From Sedimentisphaerales bacterium (GTDB lineage Bacteria; Planctomycetota; Phycisphaerae; Sedimentisphaerales; SM23-30): a DNA stretch of 64,000 nt. Shown here one piece after another: positions 57,063 to 64,000 of this stretch. The position numbers and the translations under genes are program-made. The notes beneath the pieces are model-generated. The model was given only the letters and a program-made list of their open reading frames with translations. It searched no databases and was not told where the DNA came from. The DNA is taken from the NCBI GenBank assembly GCA_963663965.2, contig CAXXFK010000019.1:100124-164123 (forward strand), read 5' to 3'. Each line of letters starts with the position of its first letter. Position 1 is the stretch's first letter.

Positions 57063-60000
57063 TTAGATCCATTCTTCGCCTTCCTGGACCGGGGCGAAGC
57101 CGCAACGCATGGTGTTTTCGGTGACGGTGCGCGGATCCATGAATTGAAGCAGGTAATCCGGGCCGCCGGCTTTGGAGCCGACGCCGGACATTTTGAATCC
57201 GCCAAAGGGCTGGCGTTCGACGAGGGCTCCGGTGCTGCCGCGGTTGAAATAAAGATTACCCACCCGGAACTGTTTCTGGGCTTTTTGCAGGTGTTGCGGA
57301 CTGCGGCTGAAGACCGCTCCGGTCAGCGCGAAACGGGTCGAGTTGGCCCATTCGATGGCCTGATCGAAAGAACTTGCCCGCATGATGGCCAGAACCGGAC
57401 CGAAAACTTCTTCCTGGGCGATGCGGTGTTCGGGTGTGATATTTTCGACAATGGTCATGGGGACATAGTAGCCATTGGAATCCGGAACAATGCTTTGCCA
57501 GGCGAGTTTGCCTTCGGAACAGGCGATATCGATGTATTGCATGATTGATTTCTGGGCGGCCGCGTCTATTACCGGGCCCATACGGTTGGAGGGGTCTTCA
57601 GCCGGGCCGATTTTGACGGATTGGGCCGCGTCAATCAAGCGGGGCATGAACCGGTCGTAAATGCTATCCAGTACAATCACGCGGGAGCAGGCGGAGCATT
57701 TCTGGCCCTGGAAGGTAAAGGCGGAATCGATAATAGCGGGAACCGCTTCATCGAGATCCGCGTCGTCATCGACGATAATACCGTTTTTCCCGCCCATTTC
57801 ACAGATCACGCGTTTGACCATCAGTTGATCGGTGGGCGTTTTGGCGGCACGTTGGATGATGCGGAGACCAACTTCCATGGAGCCGGTAAAGGCGATGGAG
57901 GCGATTTTGGGATGATCGATCAGGTAATCGCCCATGACCGAGCCACGGCCGGGAATGTAGTTGAAGACACCGGCCGGCAGACCGGCTTCTTCGAAGGCCT
58001 GTACCAGAATGTGTCCCATGACCGGGGATTGATTGGAAGGCTTGAACAGAACGCAATTGCCGGTGACGATGGCGGCTGAGACCATACCGCAGGCGATTGC
58101 CAGTGGGAAGTTCCAGGGCGCGATTACGGCGGCAAGTCCTTTGGGTTGATAGAAATACATATTGAGTTCGCCGGGGACATGGCCCATGCGTTTGGGACGG
58201 GCGAGTCGCAGCATTTCGTGTGAATAGTATTCGAGGAAATCAATGGCTTCGCAAACATCGTTGTAAGCCTGACGCCATTGTTTGCCTTCTTCAAGGATTT
58301 GCCAGGCCGAGATTTCATAGACGCGGCGACGAAGAATATCCGCGGCTTTTTGCATGTATTTGACGCGCTCTTCGGCAGGGGTGTCACGCCAGGTCTGGAA
58401 GGCCTGATCGGCGGCCGTGATGGCCTGGTCCACTTCACTGATACCGGCTTGAGCAATGACGCCAATGATTTCATCGGGATTGGCCGGATTGACTGAGTTG
58501 ATGGTTTCGGGGGTATCAAGGTGCCGGCCATCGATATAGAGTGGATATTTTTTATTCAATTGGGTGCGAACATAAGCGATCTGGTCGATAAAGGCCTGGC
58601 GAACGGTTGGATCGGCACAGTCGGCCATGGGTTCGTTTTCGAAACGGCCGGTAGTGGCTTCGGTATGTTGACGGGCGCGTTCTTCGGCGATGGGTTTTTC
58701 GCGTTCGAGCGCTTTGGCCGGATCTTCGAGCAAGCGTTCCATGCCGGCTTCTTCAACGAATGTCTGGCGGAGGAAGGATTCATTTGAAGTGTTTTCCAGC
58801 AGGCGGCGGATCAGGTATGACATACCGGGCAGGAGGTCGCCCTGGGGGCAGTAGAGCCGGACCTGGGGGGTCATTTTGAGCAGGGCCTTGCGGAAGGGTT
58901 CGGCCATCCCATAGAGGGCCTGGAACTCATAGCGACCGGCGGGGACATGATGGGCTTTGACCAGTTCCATTACCTTGCTGACGGAACGGACATTATGAGA
59001 AGCGCAGGCCAGGTGGCAATATTCGTGATTGGTGAGGAATTTTTCGGCGATTTTTTCAAAGGCCAGGTCGCTTTCGGCTTTGATGGTCCAGACGGGGATG
59101 TCAAAACCGCATTGGCGGGCGTGTACCACTTCGTAATCCCAGTAGGCGCCTTTGACCAGACGGATAGAAATAGGTAATTTGTTGGATTTGGCCCAATCGA
59201 GCATATGGTCGGCATCGTTATAGGCGGAGGTCAGGTAGACCTGCATGGCCAGGCCCAGGTGGGGGTAATCCTTGAATTCCGGATTGCTGCGCAGGCGTTT
59301 GTAGATTTCCATGATGATCTGTTTATATTCGCGCATTTCGGTATCGATACAGAGGAATCCACCCATGGCGACGACTTTGCGATAGATAGGGGTAAGCCGT
59401 TCGAGGATCGCGCCGACAGTGCCTTCGAAATTGGCGGAGTCGGCCTGGGAGAACATGGCCGATGGTTTGATAGACAGATTGACTTTGGGCGCGGAACCCC
59501 AGTCCAGGTCGTTACTTGTGTCGCCGAGTGGTTTCCAGGCGGATTGGGCCGCGGCCAGGCCATTGATGAGATCCATGTAATTATTGACGTAGAGTTCGGC
59601 TTCGGCTTCGTTGGTGGTTTTTTCGCCGAGGATATCGAGGGTGAAGGCGAAATGGTTCTTTTCGCGGAGTTTTTTGAGGTTTTTGACGGTTTCGGAAACG
59701 GTGCCACCAATGATGAATTGTAAGGCCATAGTTTCCAGGTTCTTACGAATGGTGGCGCCGAGGATTTTCATGGCGAGTTTACCGCCGAGGCCGGAGGTTT
59801 TGGCCCCGATTCTCAGGACGGCGGGGACATTTTCATCCTGGGCGAAATATTCCTGGATGTGGCGGCCTAGGGAGTCTTCGGTAGTCAGGTAGGGCAGGAC
59901 ATCGATAAAGCGGAACATCTGGACCTTGAATTCATCATTTTTCATACACCAGTCCATAACCTTGCCGGTCCAGAAATCCATGGCGAAAAGGGAGGGTTTT

Positions 60001-60071
60001 TCGCGGCCGATATTGGTAAAGAATTCTTTGCCGGTCTGGAGGATGCTTTTTTCTAATATACTGTAATCCAT
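57063..60071 (-). CDS. putA: Bifunctional proline dehydrogenase / L-glutamate semialdehyde dehydrogenase PutA
   Basis: FRFIDVLP, RLVKGAYWDYE, ASHN, YLIRRLLENTSN; ALDH motifs PWNFP, EMGGKN, QGQKCSAC and EEVFGP. A GAGG RBS supports the start at 60071. Confidence 0.96.
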   Translation of the reverse strand: MDYSILEKSILQTGKEFFTNIGREKPSLFAMDFWTGKVMDWCMKNDEFKVQMFRFIDVLPYLTTEDSLGRHIQEYFAQDENVPAVLRIGAKTSGLGGKLAMKILGATIRKNLETMALQFIIGGTVSETVKNLKKLREKNHFAFTLDILGEKTTNEAEAELYVNNYMDLINGLAAAQSAWKPLGDTSNDLDWGSAPKVNLSIKPSAMFSQADSANFEGTVGAILERLTPIYRKVVAMGGFLCIDTEMREYKQIIMEIYKRLRSNPEFKDYPHLGLAMQVYLTSAYNDADHMLDWAKSNKLPISIRLVKGAYWDYEVVHARQCGFDIPVWTIKAESDLAFEKIAEKFLTNHEYCHLACASHNVRSVSKVMELVKAHHVPAGRYEFQALYGMAEPFRKALLKMTPQVRLYCPQGDLLPGMSYLIRRLLENTSNESFLRQTFVEEAGMERLLEDPAKALEREKPIAEERARQHTEATTGRFENEPMADCADPTVRQAFIDQIAYVRTQLNKKYPLYIDGRHLDTPETINSVNPANPDEIIGVIAQAGISEVDQAITAADQAFQTWRDTPAEERVKYMQKAADILRRRVYEISAWQILEEGKQWRQAYNDVCEAIDFLEYYSHEMLRLARPKRMGHVPGELNMYFYQPKGLAAVIAPWNFPLAIACGMVSAAIVTGNCVLFKPSNQSPVMGHILVQAFEEAGLPAGVFNYIPGRGSVMGDYLIDHPKIASIAFTGSMEVGLRIIQRAAKTPTDQLMVKRVICEMGGKNGIIVDDDADLDEAVPAIIDSAFTFQGQKCSACSRVIVLDSIYDRFMPRLIDAAQSVKIGPAEDPSNRMGPVIDAAAQKSIMQYIDIACSEGKLAWQSIVPDSNGYYVPMTIVENITPEHRIAQEEVFGPVLAIMRASSFDQAIEWANSTRFALTGAVFSRSPQHLQKAQKQFRVGNLYFNRGSTGALVERQPFGGFKMSGVGSKAGGPDYLLQFMDPRTVTENTMRCGFAPVQEGEEWI

Positions 60072-60641
60072 GATGTTACCTCGTTTATGTATTTTTAATT
60101 GTTCCTTAAGACATTGTGATACTGAATGGTGATTGGGTGGCTCATTATTCATTGATTTGGGTAGATCAGACCAGAAAGCAATCGTCTGTGGGTTCGAAAT
60201 GTGCGCACTAATACACCGATAGAAAATACGGGAAATGGCCGGGGAGAATGATAGCGGATTGGGGGGAGGCTGTCAAATGAATTGATGAGGATTGGTAAGC
60301 GCCAGTGATAATGGGTTCGTTTAATAAATATTTTAATTATATTATTAGAAATGAGTTATATTAATCTATGGTCCAATTGGGTTTGTTTGGATTCAGCTAT
60401 CAGTTCATCGGATAAATATGGACGGCCCATATCGTGGATATACAAGGATGCTGCTATTAATAAGAATTAGAGGTTTTTTGAGGTGGGTAAGAAGAATGTC
60501 CGATAATAATTGGTAAGAAAAAGATATCGGACTTAACTAGTTGGGGGCTGGTGTGATTAGCCGGTCGCTGACGGAAACGGAGTTTGCGCAGAAAATGAGA
60601 GGGATGTTCATATTAGCAATGCAATCTGACCGGAGTTTTAA

Positions 60642-61742
60642 ATGAGAATTGTTTTTGTGGGGACTGCGAAGAAATCAACGACCTGTGATCAGCGGTATCG
60701 CGCGATGCTGGATTTAGGGTATGAGGTGGAGCGGGTGGATATGAAGCCGGCGGATGTGGTGCGGCGGGAAGGGGCGTTCTGGTACCGGGCGTATCGGAAA
60801 CTGGCCGGTCCGATCGATCTGGCGGGAGCGAACCGGGCGATTCTGGCGGCGTTGGCCAGGGGGCCGGTGGATGTTTTATGGCTGGAAAAGGCGTTGACGA
60901 TCGAGAAAAAGACGCTGGAAACAGTCAGGCAAGTGTGTCCGGACTGTGTGATTATCGGGTATTCGCCCGATGACATGACAGGTAATCCGGCGAACCGGTC
61001 GCCGCAGTTTCTGGGGCATTTGCCATGTTATGACATTTATTTTACCACCAAGACCTTTTGTGTGGATGAACTGTTGGCGTTGGGGTGTCCGAGAGTGGAA
61101 TTTAATCCAAACGCTTATGACCGGTCGACGCACCGGCCTTATGAACCGACTGATGAGGATAGAGACAGACTGGGCGGGAAGGTTGGTTTTATTGGCGCGT
61201 GGGAACCGGAGCGTGACGAGGTGTTGTTGTTTCTTGCGGAAAATGGGATCAATGTGCGGATCTGGGGCGGCGGCTGGCAGCGCAGCCGTTTGGCACATGA
61301 GAATCTTAAGATTGAGCGGCGTGAGTTATGGGGAGAGGATTATGCCCGGGCAATGAGTTGTTTTGATATTAACCTGAATTTTCTGCGGCGATGCAATCGT
61401 GATCTGCAAACGCAGCGGAGCGTGGAGATCCCGGCGTGTGGCGGATTTATGCTGACGGAACGGACGGAAGAACACCGGGCGTTGTTTGAAGAGGATCGGG
61501 AGGCGGTTTATTTTGGCGACAATCAGGAGATGCTGGACAAGATCCGATATTATCTGGTCCGGCCGGAAGCGTGCAAGCGGATTGCGGCGGCGGGTCGGCA
61601 ACGTTGTTTAACCAGTGGTTATAGTTATCATGAGCGGATTACCACTATGCTGGAACGAGCTTTGGCACTGAAGGTCAGGCGAAATTCTAATATTGTTATG
61701 GAACCGACAAACGGAACTAAGAGGTCTTTGGCCCTGTCATGA
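60642..61742 (+). CDS. CgeB-like glycosyltransferase (GT-B)
   Basis: VGFIGAWEPER, INLNFLR...RSVEIPACGGFMLTERT and IAAAGRQR. Confidence 0.85.
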   Translation: MRIVFVGTAKKSTTCDQRYRAMLDLGYEVERVDMKPADVVRREGAFWYRAYRKLAGPIDLAGANRAILAALARGPVDVLWLEKALTIEKKTLETVRQVCPDCVIIGYSPDDMTGNPANRSPQFLGHLPCYDIYFTTKTFCVDELLALGCPRVEFNPNAYDRSTHRPYEPTDEDRDRLGGKVGFIGAWEPERDEVLLFLAENGINVRIWGGGWQRSRLAHENLKIERRELWGEDYARAMSCFDINLNFLRRCNRDLQTQRSVEIPACGGFMLTERTEEHRALFEEDREAVYFGDNQEMLDKIRYYLVRPEACKRIAAAGRQRCLTSGYSYHERITTMLERALALKVRRNSNIVMEPTNGTKRSLALS

Positions 61743-63157
61743 CCGATTACGCAGTAGAGCTGGAACTGACCCTGGCGGCGCTTATTTTTGCCCTGGGGGT
61801 ATTGAATGCCGGATGGATCTGGCGGCGTTATGCCAGAGTCAGGATCTATGAACTGGCGATTCTGGCCAATGGTTTGTTCTGGGGATTGGGACCGTGGATA
61901 GCGTGGCTATCGGGCGGCATGACATTGCCGGCGTCGGATACCGGATTATTATGGTGGACGTATGGCGGTGTCTTTTTCTTTATGGCGGGGATCTGGCTGG
62001 CGGGTTATGGAGGTTTGTACCAGGCCCAGCGTCGTTATATGGGTAATGAAAGTCTGGCCAGCGCGATCCTGTCACCGTTCAGCCGGTTGCAAGAGGTTGT
62101 GCCGTTCGCCATTGTCATTTGTCTGGTTCTGGTCTGGGGTGTGCGATTGATCGTTGGCTGGCGTTACGGCTTGTGGTATTCGGGTTCATCGCTGGGTCGT
62201 AGCGGCGCTTATCTGCCGTATGTATTTGTGGTGTTACAGCAGTTGTCTGAAGCGTTAGCCTGGGGTTTGCTGGCGTGGGGTTGTGGCGCGATCTGGCAAC
62301 CCAAAATGCCTTGGCAATTGAGACTTTTATCGCTGATTGTGATCGGATCGGAGCTGTTTCGCAATTTTATCCATGGCCGGCGCTGGATGGTAATCTGGCT
62401 GGCGTTTATCGTTTTGGGGTATCTGGCGTCGCATCGGCGATTGCGATTCAAGCCCATCGCAATGATGGTGGGGGCAGTTGTCATGCTGTATCTGCTGGCG
62501 TTCCCGTTTTTTCTGGCGGTGCGAGACCGGAACGATTTTGGGGGGGTGGGTCAGGATACCGCGATCGAGAGTTTTATACGAGGCGTTCAGCAGGCGGCTA
62601 CGGTCGATATGACAGAGCAGCGGGAACGGGCCCAGGCGAGTATGAGCCGGCGGCCCTTGCTGTTGCGGAATTTTGTCAATGATATTTATCGCCGGCAGGA
62701 TGATTATGAGCCGATGTATGGCGGGGCGCTGGTGAGCACATTTTATAACGCGATTCCGGCAGCGTTGCTGCCGGAGAGTTATCAAAAGGAAGATGTGGAA
62801 CAGGCGATCCAGGGACATTACCGGTTTGCCAAGGGTGACGCGTCGATGACCTGGGTGGCGATGGGGGTGGCTGACGGTGGATTACTGGGGGCCTGGCTGA
62901 CGGGTTTGTTCCTGGGCGGTTGGCTGTGGCTGATGGAACGCTGGGGGCGGATTTTAATGACGGGGAATCCACTGGCTGGGTGTGTGCTCGCCGGCGGGGT
63001 GGTTTATTGTATGCTGCAGGTGGAGATTTCGCCGGTTGCGTGCTGGGTTTTGTGTCGTAATATTCTGGTGCTGCAGGTGCTGTTTATGCTGATCGCGGCG
63101 GCAGTGCGGCGGCCGGAGTTGGGGTGGCAGGGCCGGCGGGAGATTGGGTTTGGATAA
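61739..63157 (+). CDS. Polytopic membrane protein, probable polysaccharide polymerase (Wzy-like)
   Basis: About 10-11 TMs, a GRR motif and a large periplasmic loop; lies between glycosyltransferases. Confidence 0.65.
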   Translation: MTDYAVELELTLAALIFALGVLNAGWIWRRYARVRIYELAILANGLFWGLGPWIAWLSGGMTLPASDTGLLWWTYGGVFFFMAGIWLAGYGGLYQAQRRYMGNESLASAILSPFSRLQEVVPFAIVICLVLVWGVRLIVGWRYGLWYSGSSLGRSGAYLPYVFVVLQQLSEALAWGLLAWGCGAIWQPKMPWQLRLLSLIVIGSELFRNFIHGRRWMVIWLAFIVLGYLASHRRLRFKPIAMMVGAVVMLYLLAFPFFLAVRDRNDFGGVGQDTAIESFIRGVQQAATVDMTEQRERAQASMSRRPLLLRNFVNDIYRRQDDYEPMYGGALVSTFYNAIPAALLPESYQKEDVEQAIQGHYRFAKGDASMTWVAMGVADGGLLGAWLTGLFLGGWLWLMERWGRILMTGNPLAGCVLAGGVVYCMLQVEISPVACWVLCRNILVLQVLFMLIAAAVRRPELGWQGRREIGFG

Positions 63158-63328
63158 ATGTTGACGGTTTAATTAATGGGTTGAGAACATTCGTTTATTT
63201 GTAGAAATGAGATTTTTTGTTGATGGATCGAATGATAGTTGGTTGGAAACGAGCACCCACAAGCTTCGCTGCGCTACGCTTGAAGATGATACCCGGGATG
63301 GTACCTGAGATGGGAGGGGATAATTAGT

Positions 63329-64000
63329 ATGGAACGGTATCGGCTGGCGGTGGTGGCTCAACAGGTGGTGCAGTATCACAGTCCTTTGTATCGGGAACTG
63401 GCGAAAAGCGAACAGATCCGGCCGACGGTTTTGTTTCTGGACCGGGCGGGCGTGGAGCCGGTTTTTTCGAAGATTATCAACCAGACCGTGAGCTGGGATG
63501 TGCCGTTGCTGGAAGGGTTTGAGTATGAATTTGTCCGGAACTGGTCGCCGGCTCGGCAGCGGTTTATGGTATCCCGAATCAATCCGGAATTGGTTAGGTG
63601 TCTAACCCGGAGGCGGTTTGATGGTGTGTTGATCCAGGGGTATGATACGGTGTCAGCGTGGCTGGCGTACTGGTTGGCGAAGGCGTGGGGGCTGGATGTC
63701 CTGTTCCGGGGTGAGACGGTCTTGAAGCCTGAGGGTGACAAAGGATTCAGTGGCTGGCTGAAAAGGCGGATGGTGAGGACAATTTTGCAGGGGAGTGATG
63801 TGGTGTTGTATAGCTGTTCGGGTAACCGGCGGGCTTTTTTGCACTATGGCTGCGATGAAGGAAAACTGTTCGCGATACCGTGCGCAGTGGATAATGAGCT
63901 GTTTCGCGGGCAGCGGCGAGAATTTACCGGGCAACGGGAGCAATTACGGGGTGAATTGGGGATTGGGGCCCGGGAGTGTGTGTTTATTTTTACCGGGCGG
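63329..64000 (+). CDS. GT4-family glycosyltransferase, partial (runs off the window end)
   Basis: My translation: MERYRLAVVAQQVVQYHSPLYRELA...WDVPLLEGFEYEF...IPCAVDNELF...FIFTGR; GGAGG RBS upstream. Confidence 0.85.
   Translation, partial: MERYRLAVVAQQVVQYHSPLYRELAKSEQIRPTVLFLDRAGVEPVFSKIINQTVSWDVPLLEGFEYEFVRNWSPARQRFMVSRINPELVRCLTRRRFDGVLIQGYDTVSAWLAYWLAKAWGLDVLFRGETVLKPEGDKGFSGWLKRRMVRTILQGSDVVLYSCSGNRRAFLHYGCDEGKLFAIPCAVDNELFRGQRREFTGQREQLRGELGIGARECVFIFTGR

Noticed and set aside
63252..63294. Degenerate hairpin CACCCACAAGC...GCTTG in the wzy-GT4 gap as a REP remnant
   Set aside because: Single, weakly paired copy with no second instance in the window.

Overview
Bacterial chromosomal window, most likely from a planctomycete of the Phycisphaerae/Sedimentisphaerales type. 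This is inferred from the Tat-exported Gfo/Idh/MocA enzyme, dockerin-like C-terminal tags, a GFTLIELLVV prepilin protein and a MoxR/DUF58/BatA/DUF4159 cluster; it is not proven. In order, the window holds: the left end of an ISL3 element with a frameshifted transposase; two Tat-exported sugar-metabolism enzymes; a transporter-ribokinase-nucleoside hydrolase operon; a large secreted GEVED/dockerin protein; truD; a diguanylate cyclase pair; TlpA; a hydrolase; a candidate ~300-nt structured ncRNA; CtpA and NfeD proteases; an orphan flippase; an SGNH-zincin fusion; and a HigBA toxin-antitoxin pair. Next is a ~19-kb MoxR-vWA envelope operon in which most gene junctions carry small co-oriented inserts (a REP, a Y1 transposase with a palindrome array, a C_GCAxxG_C_C gene, an AlbA/wHTH remnant and a TA pair). 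After it come cheW with two chemoreceptors sharing a conserved leader motif, a multi-PAS kinase, a NikR-associated locus (secreted protein, pilin-like protein, metal ABC transporter), putA and the start of a polysaccharide cluster. The best novelty candidates are the cassette-interrupted MoxR operon, the orphan structured RNA at ~14.89-15.19 kb, the TnpA palindrome array and the NikR/pilin metal-uptake locus. All family calls come from motif recognition by eye; no searches were run.
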